32,000 nt of DNA, taken from Candidatus Poseidoniaceae archaeon. GTDB lineage: Archaea > Thermoplasmatota > Poseidoniia > Poseidoniales > Poseidoniaceae. The position numbers and the translations under genes were made by a program. Below are positions 8,409 through 17,017 of the stretch, one piece after another. The stretch covers positions 300,001-332,000 of the forward strand of contig CALSTM010000002.1 of assembly GCA_943789275.1 (NCBI GenBank), written 5' to 3'. Under the pieces are notes generated by a model that searched no databases, had not been told where the DNA came from, and saw only the letters and a program-made list of their open reading frames with translations. The first letter of the stretch is position 1. Each line of letters opens with the position of its first letter.

Positions 8409-9851
8409 TCAGCCCACCAACGCTTGAGAAATCCGCATAATCGGGCCACCATCTCCAACGGGGACAGTTTGTCCTTTCCCACAGAATCCTGGAGCTGCAA
8501 GTTGCGCATCTCGTGTAAGGCCATCAACATCTTTCAAAATTTGAAGCGTCAATCCACTCACGCTCACATCTTTGAGCGGTCGAGTAAGTTCTCCATTTTC
8601 AATGAGCCAAGCCTCTTGGGCCGCAAACTGGAACGAACCTCGGCCAGTATCGACCTGTCCACCGCGTGAACCGCATGCATAAACACCGTATTCGATGTCT
8701 TCCATCAACTCGTCCATGTCGTTATGCGTTCCACCTTGAATCAGTGTGTTTGACATTCGGACCAATGGATGATGAAGGCCGTCTTGCGCACGAGCACCTG
8801 CATTTGGAGCAAGTCCAAAGTGGTGAGCAGTTTCTCGGTGGTTCAGATATTCAGTGAGTACACCGTTCTTGATGAGGCACTTTTCACGTGTGTTGAGCCC
8901 TTCGTCGTCGATTGGATGTGCCCCGTAACCTCCTCGGATGGTTGGGTCATCGACTACAGTCACAATCTCATTGCCAATCGTTTGGCCAAGTTTGCCATCA
9001 AGGCACGAGTCTCCAGCAGCAACTAAGTCAGCCTCACATGGATGACCTAATGCTTCATGGATGTAAACGCCGGTCAAATCTCGGTCGGCGATTAACGGCA
9101 TTTTTCCTGAAGGTGCACGCTCTGCTTTCAGCAAACGAAGCGTGGCAATACGTGCAACCTCGCCAAGTTGACCGAGGTCACATGACTCGATAACTTCCAA
9201 GCCACCTTCGCCGCCATGACGCGTTCTATAGGACACTACTTCGCCGCCATCTCGTCCAGTGACACTGGCATTAATCAGTGAACGTTGAAACGACCATGTG
9301 CGATTCATCCCTTCACTGGTCATCAGTTCTGTATGGAGATGTTCGTCGCTCCAACCACAGGTTACTGAGATGATGCGATCATCGTCAGCAGCGCTGTCAT
9401 GAAGCGTTTTTAGATGCTCTATTTTCGTTTGAAGGTCGGTATGACGAACGTCTTTTTTGGATTTCCAATGAATCTCATCTTCAAAAATTGGGACCTCTGC
9501 CAATTGCACTGGAGCGTCTTTGGACGAGCGACGGGCAGCAACAGCCTTGGCTAAACGTACAGTCGATTCAATTTGTGAGGGCAAAGAGACCAAATCTGTC
9601 GTCGAATGGACGCCCCATGCGCCATCCGCTAAGATTCGAAGAGTAACACCGACTTCTTGCCCAGGTATCGCCCGTTCAAGTTTTGCATCACGCAATGCTA
9701 CGCTGGAGTCTGTAATGGCCATCAACCGAACTTCGGCATAAGATGCACCCAATTCTTGAGCGTGGTCGAGGGCTGACTGGATTTTTGATTGGTTTAGATA
9801 TCTACCCGTACTTGGCCTGTGGTCGTCGTTGGGGCTCGCGCTCATTACCAT
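8409..9851 (-). CDS. tldD: TldD zinc metalloprotease
   Basis: 480 aa with the HExxxH motif in GVYIHEALGHPCEADL. The rest shows the TldD/PmbA-fold pattern (GGQVDTGRGSFQF). Confidence 0.9.
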   Translation of the reverse strand: MVMSASPNDDHRPSTGRYLNQSKIQSALDHAQELGASYAEVRLMAITDSSVALRDAKLERAIPGQEVGVTLRILADGAWGVHSTTDLVSLPSQIESTVRLAKAVAARRSSKDAPVQLAEVPIFEDEIHWKSKKDVRHTDLQTKIEHLKTLHDSAADDDRIISVTCGWSDEHLHTELMTSEGMNRTWSFQRSLINASVTGRDGGEVVSYRTRHGGEGGLEVIESCDLGQLGEVARIATLRLLKAERAPSGKMPLIADRDLTGVYIHEALGHPCEADLVAAGDSCLDGKLGQTIGNEIVTVVDDPTIRGGYGAHPIDDEGLNTREKCLIKNGVLTEYLNHRETAHHFGLAPNAGARAQDGLHHPLVRMSNTLIQGGTHNDMDELMEDIEYGVYACGSRGGQVDTGRGSFQFAAQEAWLIENGELTRPLKDVSVSGLTLQILKDVDGLTRDAQLAAPGFCGKGQTVPVGDGGPIMRISQALVG

Positions 9852-9902
9852 GTGCCAACCCTGTATGCGAGGGTGTTTGAAGTCTACTCCATTTTGATTT
9901 GC

Positions 9903-10460
9903 TTACGAAGTGAATTCTGCAGAGACAATATGGCCGATAAGTGATGCCTCTGTTACCGTTTCGAGCTCCGAATCAAACTTTAATCCTAGGCGAGAAGCAC
10001 CCTCTCTCGAAAGCGTATAATTCATTGAAGCGGATTGAAATCCAAGTTGCGAAAGAATCGAGAAGGCTTGAGATTCAGTCCCGGAAGAGTCCAACTCAAT
10101 CGGTAAGCAATCCGAGTGAATCTCATCGGTACTGGAAGCTTTTGGGAGGTGAAGAAGAAAACCAGAAGTATCTTTGTCACGAACGCCAGCACGTTTGAAC
10201 GCTTCAGAGACGTGATGGGTACCGCTGAGATAGCGAAGAAACTCTGCATCGAGGGAACGAGCTAAAGCCGACGAGCGCAACCATCTGCGAGAAGCTGAAT
10301 TCCACGCAGTCCAAAGTTGAGACGGAGTTTGAATGCAACCTTGACCAATCAAAACCCAATCAGCATTAGGGCGTGCTTGAAGGAAGCGTGCGAGCACATC
10401 TTTGGCATTGACTGGAGATTCACTGTCCCATGCAAAGCAAGGAAATTCAGGTTGTGCCAT
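9903..10460 (-). CDS. cgi121: Cgi121-like KEOPS subunit (tentative)
   Basis: Central motif ALARSLDAEFLRYLSGTHHVSEAFKRAGV resembles the Cgi121 signature A(K/R)S...E(I/F)L.R.SG...(I/V).EA(I/F)K..G. It lies immediately downstream of hel308. The ATG at 10460 avoids overlap with hel308; the track start at 10529 is an alternative. Confidence 0.5.
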   Translation of the reverse strand: MAQPEFPCFAWDSESPVNAKDVLARFLQARPNADWVLIGQGCIQTPSQLWTAWNSASRRWLRSSALARSLDAEFLRYLSGTHHVSEAFKRAGVRDKDTSGFLLHLPKASSTDEIHSDCLPIELDSSGTESQAFSILSQLGFQSASMNYTLSREGASRLGLKFDSELETVTEASLIGHIVSAEFTS

Positions 10461-10485
10461 GGTGATTCCAAGAGGATATTCTCTT

Positions 10486-13101
10486 TCAATTATCCGATGA
10501 AAACTCGTCGGAGAGAGGGACATCATCATCGCGTTGTTTTGGTAGACTCATACCCCCGTCCTGAGTACTTTGCCGACGCAGCACTTTTTCGACTTCGGTA
10601 TTGATTTTGTCCAACAGTAAAGGCCCCCAACCTCGTTTGGCAAGGAGTTTGTTGCGTGTAGAGCGATTCATGGAAAGGACGTCATTGGGCGTTCTTACAC
10701 CCATCCCCGCCAGTTCCCTTGCACGAGCGCGGCCGACGTGTTTGATGTTTACCAGTTGGAGTAAGTCTTTCTTACAACCGTGTCGAATACGTTGCTTGAG
10801 CATATCGATGGTCGTAGCAATGTTGCTGATGACGGGTAGGTGTTCTTCAGAGAACACATCATCGGTCAGCAGTACTTGTTGACCGGCTGCCAACAGCCAA
10901 CCCATGAGGTCGACACGGTGATTGACATCCCCTGGGCTCACATCGAGTTCACTTTCAATTGAACGAAGCGTGTCTTCTTGAATCCACATTTCGAGCATCC
11001 ATGCAGATTTCACCTTACCAAGCAGCCGTTCTTCAAGAGTGTCATCGACCAACAGTTCATCTTCCACTGAATTGGTTTTGAGCCAGAGTGGAGAACTCCG
11101 TTCCATTTCAGAGTTTTTAGCCCAGAGGGGTATGAAGTCTGGAGTCGAGGAGGCAAGATGCATGAGTCCGAAATCGGATACTTCACCCGTTTGTCGTACA
11201 CTACGACGTACAGCGCGTCGAAGACCTGTGCGTAGAATCGACGCAGAAAGTGGGTCAAGGTAGAGTTGAGTAATGCGTTCTCCCATCAAGGTCGCTTCGT
11301 ATTCCATCGAAGCATGGTCATTTGCCGTAGGAGCAGACCATCCACCAACGTGTGCCAAGTTGGTTGCAGAAGTGAAACCAAGAGATGCTTCTGTAAAGGC
11401 TGTTGAGGTCTTGGTTTGAGGAATATGTTCTTGTGGGCTTGAACGAAGTTGAACTCCGCCTGTCGTTTGTGCAATCGTGGCCCAGATTGGCATCTCATCG
11501 TCCCAGTCTTCGTCCTCAGCTTGATTGGCCTTAGCATCTGCTCGTCGCTTTGCATAGGCTTCATCTACCCCTTTTTTACGGATAAAACGTTCTTCAACCA
11601 GCCAATTCAACATCTCATCAAGACGCTCGTTCAACTGCATTGATGACATGGTTGAACCAAGGAAGGTCGCCGAGAAGAAATCCCCAATCTCCCCCCGATG
11701 ACGGAAGCCACCGGTTGCAATCGAGGCAAGTAAATGGGTACGCAGAGCAGGTTCGCTGGCAAGTTTCGAAGTGATTGATTCAACGGGTCCGAAGAAATAA
11801 CGCTCGCTGACATCGTCTGCAATCCCCCATCCATCGGTTCCCTTGCACAACACCCATGCTTCGCCAAAACTGTCGTACCTTGGCCGTCCGGCACGGCCCA
11901 GCATCTGACGGACCTCCATAACGGGCAGAGGGCGGCTCATTCCATCGTCCCATCGTTTCAAATCACGAACCAAAACCCGCCGTGCAGGAAGATTGACGCC
12001 TGCGGCCAGAGTAGGCGTTGCGGTTAAGCCCACCAGAAGTCCTTCCTTGAACGCACCCTCTATCGCTTTTCTTTGACCATGCGTCAATCCAGCGTGATGG
12101 AACGCAATACCGCCTCGAATGGCTTCAGCCAACCGTTCCGCCATTGCCGTTTGACTTCTGCCTTCCAGTGAGCCGGCAAAAACGTTCAGACGTTCCAATC
12201 GGTCTGGATCATCCTTTTCCAGCCGCTTAGCAATGCGTTTCGACAATTTCAACGCTTCCGATTGAGCGCTTCGACGCGTTCCAACGAAAATCAAAACTTG
12301 GCCGTCTTGGTCAATGGTATCGCTAACAACAACCCAAGCAGGGTGTGATTTGGGACCCTCTAAATCACGAGGAGGCTGCAATACATCAGCCTCAGTTGAC
12401 ATTCCGGATGATTGTACCAATCGTGGCTCCAAGTGCAGATCGTGAAAAGTACTGTACTCAAGGGCAACTGGCCTCCACGAAGAAAGGATGAGGTTCGCAT
12501 TCAGCCATTCTGCAAGTTCATTGCAATTTCCAACCGTAGCCGATAAAGCGATGATTTGGGCGTTGGGCCTTAGGTAACGAAGACGTGTGAGGTTAATTTC
12601 TAAGGTTGGCCCCCGAGTGGAATCGTTCATCAAATGAAATTCATCTGCCACCACAACCGATACATTTGACATCAACTCAGAACGATTTCGCATGAGTGAA
12701 TCGAGTTTTTCAGAGGTGCAGACAAGAATATCGCATTCATCAATCTTCTTTGCTTCACCTGAAGCATCTCCAATTCCAAGCCCAACGGTCAAACCGACTG
12801 AACCACCCAGTGCCACCAGGTCTTCATGCTTCTCGCTCGCCAATGCTTTGAGCGGAACGATGTACACTGCTTTTGAACCGGGTTCATCAACCAAAAGCCG
12901 ACGAATGATTCCTATGTAAGCAACAAGTGACTTGCCACTTGCAGTTGGTATTGCAAGCAATGTATTGGCGCCTGAGAGGACACTTGGCATGGCCTCATGC
13001 TGAGGTGGATGAAGATTCTCGATGCCCCATTTTTTGGTGAGGAATTGGAGTGCCTTCGCTGGTAAATCCAAGCCCATTACAGCCCGTCCACTCTCCTCCA
13101 T
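10486..13101 (-). CDS. hel308: Hel308/Ski2-like DNA helicase
   Basis: Helicase motifs present: I PTASGKS, II DEFH, III SAT, HHAGL, V ATPTLAAGVNLPARRV, VI QMLGRAGRP. There is a C-terminal HhH-like segment (NIKHVGRARARELAGMGV). The track start at 13128 is a TTG; the first ATG is at 13101. Confidence 0.9.
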   Translation of the reverse strand: MEESGRAVMGLDLPAKALQFLTKKWGIENLHPPQHEAMPSVLSGANTLLAIPTASGKSLVAYIGIIRRLLVDEPGSKAVYIVPLKALASEKHEDLVALGGSVGLTVGLGIGDASGEAKKIDECDILVCTSEKLDSLMRNRSELMSNVSVVVADEFHLMNDSTRGPTLEINLTRLRYLRPNAQIIALSATVGNCNELAEWLNANLILSSWRPVALEYSTFHDLHLEPRLVQSSGMSTEADVLQPPRDLEGPKSHPAWVVVSDTIDQDGQVLIFVGTRRSAQSEALKLSKRIAKRLEKDDPDRLERLNVFAGSLEGRSQTAMAERLAEAIRGGIAFHHAGLTHGQRKAIEGAFKEGLLVGLTATPTLAAGVNLPARRVLVRDLKRWDDGMSRPLPVMEVRQMLGRAGRPRYDSFGEAWVLCKGTDGWGIADDVSERYFFGPVESITSKLASEPALRTHLLASIATGGFRHRGEIGDFFSATFLGSTMSSMQLNERLDEMLNWLVEERFIRKKGVDEAYAKRRADAKANQAEDEDWDDEMPIWATIAQTTGGVQLRSSPQEHIPQTKTSTAFTEASLGFTSATNLAHVGGWSAPTANDHASMEYEATLMGERITQLYLDPLSASILRTGLRRAVRRSVRQTGEVSDFGLMHLASSTPDFIPLWAKNSEMERSSPLWLKTNSVEDELLVDDTLEERLLGKVKSAWMLEMWIQEDTLRSIESELDVSPGDVNHRVDLMGWLLAAGQQVLLTDDVFSEEHLPVISNIATTIDMLKQRIRHGCKKDLLQLVNIKHVGRARARELAGMGVRTPNDVLSMNRSTRNKLLAKRGWGPLLLDKINTEVEKVLRRQSTQDGGMSLPKQRDDDVPLSDEFSSDN

Positions 13102-13182
13102 AGTCTGCCACTCGCGCCAACAGTCCAAAAGGACAACGCTCGTAAAGTTTCAATCCGACACCCATAAGACCCCTCTTCTCAT

Positions 13183-13806
13183 GTGCCGAACATGGCCGAT
13201 GATGTTGAGTCGATGGTAGAAGAACGACTTTCGGTGTTCGAAGATGAACCCGATTTGAATGACTGGGTCGAAGTTATGTGCGGTGCAGCAATGGCTGTTC
13301 TCGGTATATTCCACCTGGTCGAACCTTGGGAATTCGTCAATCAAGACGTCATGCGATGGTTTGCTGCTGCCGTCATCGCGGCTGGTGCAGTTTGGGCTGG
13401 ACACGGCCTGAAAGACATGGCTGTGAAAGAAGTTCGTCGCTCAATAGCAATACTCGACATGGCGCAATCCGATGATGGTCCAAACCACGGCCTCATCCGC
13501 GATGTACTGCTCAATCCTGATGCATACAAGTCGTTCCTGCTGGAATCGTACGAAGCGGCTTGGGAAGACGGCATTATCACAGAACAAGAACTTGCTGAAC
13601 TCAAATCGTTCCAAGACGCATTGGGCATCACCGATGAAGAGGCTGCAAAGATGAACGTCGATGCTGCTGTCAAATCGGCATCCAAAGACGGTGACATTTC
13701 TGAAGATGAAGAACAGAACATCAAAGAAGCCGCAGAAAAGGCCGGTGTCGATTCAGAGAAGGCAATCAAGGACGCAAAGAGCAAGGCTAAGAAAGGAAAG
13801 AAGTGA
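13183..13806 (+). CDS. Membrane protein with two TM helices and C-terminal TerB/DjlA-N-like repeats (tentative)
   Basis: TM segments are VMCGAAMAVLGIFHLV and WFAAAVIAAGAVWAGHGL. The repeats are EDGIITEQELAELKSFQDALGITDEEA and KDGDISEDEEQNIKEAAEKAGV. There is a Lys-rich tail. Confidence 0.5.
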   Translation: MPNMADDVESMVEERLSVFEDEPDLNDWVEVMCGAAMAVLGIFHLVEPWEFVNQDVMRWFAAAVIAAGAVWAGHGLKDMAVKEVRRSIAILDMAQSDDGPNHGLIRDVLLNPDAYKSFLLESYEAAWEDGIITEQELAELKSFQDALGITDEEAAKMNVDAAVKSASKDGDISEDEEQNIKEAAEKAGVDSEKAIKDAKSKAKKGKK

Positions 13807-13808
13807 AA

Positions 13809-15863
13809 TCAATCCCACTTTGTACTTTCTTGGAACATTTCGGATGCCAGTTTCTTTGCCTTTACTCGTCGAGTATATTCGCCTCTGCTTGAAACCGTGC
13901 ACAGCATCAAACCCAGTATCCCTACAGGTGTTGCGAAGGGTATCAACCCCGATGCGTTCTCAATCGTGATAAAGGGAGGAACGTCGTTGGTATCAAAACC
14001 TGGAGACGAAATGAAGCGGACATCAAGTAAATCTAAGTCACAGTCACACAAACTCACGGATATTCTCTCAGGGAACAAGGCGCTTTGCAGCGATAGCCAA
14101 TCGTATTCACTGACCGAAGCAGGTCGAGTCCCCCAGGCAGGAACAGATACTGAACCCGTTGCAGGTACATCGACCATGTCAAAATCCACATGGAATACAG
14201 ATGATTTTGGCTTTTCATCGACAATCATCATTGCTTCAAGCATCAGCATGTCAAGGAGGAGCGAACGTCCAGCAAGTAAAATAAAACGCACAGTTTGTTG
14301 TTCCAACATACCTTCATTGGTAGTTTGAGAACCGCCTCGGGTCACTTGTGAAAAGATAACTTGATCCAGACGTAGCTCCTGAAGTTCAGGGACAATGAGT
14401 TGCCACCGGCCATCTGGAAGAGGAATTGCTTCTTCCACCTCAAGGCGGAGTTCTAAACGCTCTCCATCAAGTATGCCCCATGTAGAACCTGTACTCGTCA
14501 CAAGAACTTGTTCAGGTTGACCTGGGTATGATGCATCCCAGAGTTGTTGCAATCGATTGTCAATCAATTCATCCAATTGGATTTCAGTATCGGATTGGAC
14601 TTCATCACCCAGGGCCCACATGGGATGGAGGATTCCTCCAACGAGGAGCAGAAGTACACCGGGAGTGAAGAATCCAAACCTAAGAAATGCTGAGGTTGAG
14701 TTTCGTAGGCCATCAAAAGCAAAACCTGCGAACAACAGAAGAGAGAGGAAAAGGAAGCCTGAGGAATGCCTTGAAAGCGAAACTGAGGCATCTTCGTCTC
14801 CAAGTAAAGCACTGCCTGCTGGATAGAACGCCTTTCCATCGAAATCAGCAGGTGTAACTGGGCCTGCACCTTCAAACGCGAGTTGTCCAGTCCAAGTATA
14901 CGGTTGGAATTTCCCAGCAGTCCCTCCAAAACAGAAGGTGTAGTCGCCAACCGGCATAGCCCTCCAGCGGTACGTCGTTCGAGTCGAATCCTCGTCTTCT
15001 CGAACAATGACTTCGGGGGAATTCGACAATCTTCCCGAAGGCTGGATAAGGTCTGGTAATCCGTGACTTTGTTGAATTTCAATCGGTACGGTCTCCCATT
15101 GTAAGTAGATATTGAGAACCTCGTGTTGTTCTATTGTAAACGTCCAGCAATCGCGGTCCGTTTCTAAAAGTGCTCCGTAATGTACGGTTTCAAACTCGGT
15201 GGAACGAGGTTCAAGGTCGCTTGAAGGTTCGTCAGTATTGCGAGATTCTACGTCTTCAGACCAAGGTATCTCCAGTTCCATTGATGAAGCACCTCTCAAG
15301 TGCAATTCCCACGTCCCCGGTCGGTCGAGAACGAAGGTCATCCGTAGGCGAACCGGGTCATCAGGCCACAGAACACGGTCCCCATTGAGGTTGAGTGCTT
15401 CGTCCTCAAGGGTGTAAGGGCTTGTCGTCGACACCGTTGGGACAAAGTCTGCATCAAAACTCCAATCGGTGACCGATGAGCCAAGAATGAGTGAAACATC
15501 CAATTCAGGTTTGTTGTATCCAGAAAATTCTCCGGTAAAGCGCAAATCCAAAATCATCGAATCCAATAGCGATGGGAGCAAAGCCAACTCAACTTGTCGA
15601 GGGTCCATCTCAAATTCAAGCGTGACCGTTTCTGGTTGTGCTGGGGATGCAAAGATGTTGTTGGATACAACTTCTTCTCCGGTGGCAACAGAAGTGAGTT
15701 GGCATTCATCGTCTTGAACGCATGACAAGAAAAGTTTGCCCCCTTCCGGCGATTCAGTAAGGTTGGCCTGGGTAAGAGGAGCGCAAAAAGACAACAGGAA
15801 AAGCCCGAGAATGACCGCCATAGGCAACGGAAATGAGCGTCGAACAAAGAAAGAACGGCTCAT
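13809..15863 (-). CDS. Hypothetical 684-aa membrane protein with two predicted extracellular domains
   Basis: It has an N-terminal signal-like segment (MAVILGLFLLSFCAPLTQA). Two central TM helices follow (GFLFLSLLLFAGFAF, FGFFTPGVLLLLVGGIL). A C-terminal TM (VGILGLMLCTVSS) precedes a basic tail. I recognise no catalytic motif. Confidence 0.6.
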   Translation of the reverse strand: MSRSFFVRRSFPLPMAVILGLFLLSFCAPLTQANLTESPEGGKLFLSCVQDDECQLTSVATGEEVVSNNIFASPAQPETVTLEFEMDPRQVELALLPSLLDSMILDLRFTGEFSGYNKPELDVSLILGSSVTDWSFDADFVPTVSTTSPYTLEDEALNLNGDRVLWPDDPVRLRMTFVLDRPGTWELHLRGASSMELEIPWSEDVESRNTDEPSSDLEPRSTEFETVHYGALLETDRDCWTFTIEQHEVLNIYLQWETVPIEIQQSHGLPDLIQPSGRLSNSPEVIVREDEDSTRTTYRWRAMPVGDYTFCFGGTAGKFQPYTWTGQLAFEGAGPVTPADFDGKAFYPAGSALLGDEDASVSLSRHSSGFLFLSLLLFAGFAFDGLRNSTSAFLRFGFFTPGVLLLLVGGILHPMWALGDEVQSDTEIQLDELIDNRLQQLWDASYPGQPEQVLVTSTGSTWGILDGERLELRLEVEEAIPLPDGRWQLIVPELQELRLDQVIFSQVTRGGSQTTNEGMLEQQTVRFILLAGRSLLLDMLMLEAMMIVDEKPKSSVFHVDFDMVDVPATGSVSVPAWGTRPASVSEYDWLSLQSALFPERISVSLCDCDLDLLDVRFISSPGFDTNDVPPFITIENASGLIPFATPVGILGLMLCTVSSRGEYTRRVKAKKLASEMFQESTKWD

Positions 15864-15901
15864 GTTTAACCCAACTCACCATTGTCTTTCAAATCAATGG
15901 T

Positions 15902-16450
15902 TTATTGCTGAAACAAGGCTGGATTTTTCTTGTCGATAAGGACCGTGTTACACTTTCGGCACCGATAGCGTCTGTTCGACGGTTTCTGCCTCGGAAACTC
16001 TTGACTGCATTTCGGACAACACCAAAGCCATACGGCTCTGGCTCTGCGTAAAAACTCGGTAAACTTCGGTCCTTGCTTACCCGCGATGCTGCCTGGCCAA
16101 GCTGCTTCCAATTGCCGAAACAGCGTATTGTGTGCTCGTAGGCCAAGGGCATGTATGTATTCATGATGCAATACGAACGCAGAATAGGCCTTCCATTCAG
16201 GATTGAGCATCTGAGGATGAATTTCAATCACTTCGACGTCATTCGGTTGCAGTGAGCGTACATCGACACCCCGCTTCCATCGAGTTATACCGTGTCGTTG
16301 CGTGGCGTTTTTCCTCAGCACACCCAATGGAATGCTGCGCAAATCTTCAACTTGAGCATCGGCCCATTCAGGCATATCGAACATGACCTCGAGTACAAAG
16401 TCTCGAAGTTCCTCCAAGAGCAATACCTGCTCTTTGTTGGGTTTGGCCAT
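15902..16450 (-). CDS. SprT-like zinc metalloprotease with C-terminal zinc ribbon (tentative)
   Basis: Zincin motif VLHHEYIHALGLRAHNTLF (HExxH plus a downstream His). Zinc ribbon CPKC...x17...CRKC. The ATG at 16450 lies 8 nt after the thioesterase stop. The track extension to 16528 overlaps the upstream gene. Confidence 0.55.
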   Translation of the reverse strand: MAKPNKEQVLLLEELRDFVLEVMFDMPEWADAQVEDLRSIPLGVLRKNATQRHGITRWKRGVDVRSLQPNDVEVIEIHPQMLNPEWKAYSAFVLHHEYIHALGLRAHNTLFRQLEAAWPGSIAGKQGPKFTEFLRRARAVWLWCCPKCSQEFPRQKPSNRRYRCRKCNTVLIDKKNPALFQQ

Positions 16451-16458
16451 TGGAGGAT

Positions 16459-16950
16459 TCAACTCCAACGATGATAGGCGGGATGGCCCTCTTTGACCGC
16501 CACAAACAATCCGCTGCCTGTCGCACAAACTTTTCCATTTGCTTCCAAAAGTAATTCTATTTCTGCACGGTCCTCACTTAAATCTTTGATCTGACTTGTT
16601 ACTTTCAACGGAATGTCCACTGGAGTTGGTCTTCGAAGATGAACGGTATATGAGGCGGTTACCGTGCAAGGTGGCTCCTCCAAACCTTGTGCGTCCATCA
16701 GAGCTACAGCAGCAGTCCAATTACCATGACAATCAAGAAGTGTTCCGATGATTCCGCCGTTAATCATACCTGGGAAAGCTTGGTGATGAGGTTCCGGCAC
16801 ATATTCCAAAGAAAGGCCGTTCTCAATTCGAACGCTGTTGATTCGTAATCCTTTTTCATTGGCTGGCCCGCATCCAAAACAAATCGAAGTCGGAGCGTAT
16901 TGGCGCTGGACACCGGTCTCTTCCATACCACTGGCACGACCTGCAAGCAC
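16459..16950 (-). CDS. PaaI-type hotdog-fold thioesterase
   Basis: N-terminal CFGCGPANEKGLRI motif, plus the pattern GMINGGIIGTLLDCHGNW typical of PaaI/4HBT-like thioesterases. The track start is a GTG; an ATG alternative is at 16926. Confidence 0.7.
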   Translation of the reverse strand: MLAGRASGMEETGVQRQYAPTSICFGCGPANEKGLRINSVRIENGLSLEYVPEPHHQAFPGMINGGIIGTLLDCHGNWTAAVALMDAQGLEEPPCTVTASYTVHLRRPTPVDIPLKVTSQIKDLSEDRAEIELLLEANGKVCATGSGLFVAVKEGHPAYHRWS

Positions 16951-17017
16951 TTGTTTTCTTTGCTTCGGGGTACTAACATATACGCATTCTTATTGAGGGG
17001 GTGAGCATGCACAGACC

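Noticed and set aside
7003-9851. A possible functional link between TldD/PmbA ('modulators of DNA gyrase') and the gyrBA operon in the same window.
   Set aside because: The name derives from E. coli processing of gyrase poisons (MccB17, CcdA). Here the loci are ~10 kb apart and separated by eight unrelated genes, and no toxin or microcin gene is visible. I consider it coincidental.
13341-13784. A 147-aa ORF antisense to the TerB-like gene. Similar long shadow ORFs occur at 1632-2054, 4239-4511, 22367-22915, 23766-24212, 24888-25301, 27600-28001 and 30144-30524.
   Set aside because: All lie entirely inside well-supported genes on the opposite strand. Their composition is Ser/Ala/Arg/Cys-biased, typical of reverse-frame readings of acidic genes. 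None carries a motif or an SD.
14564-15082. A 172-aa same-strand, out-of-frame ORF inside the 684-aa gene. A comparable 169-aa ORF at 25151-25660 overlaps aroD.
   Set aside because: Both are alternative frames of longer, coherent ORFs. Their sequence is low-complexity and Arg/Leu/Ser-rich, and there is no independent start context.
15805-15863. The C-terminus of the 684-aa protein (coordinates 13809-13900) considered as a PGF-CTERM/archaeosortase signal. The N-terminus at 15805-15863 was considered as a lipobox.
   Set aside because: The C-terminal TM is preceded by IPFATP rather than a PGF/PEF motif, and no Thr/Ser-rich linker is evident. The N-terminal Cys (SFCAPL) lacks a clear lipobox context. 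Neither can be supported from sequence alone.
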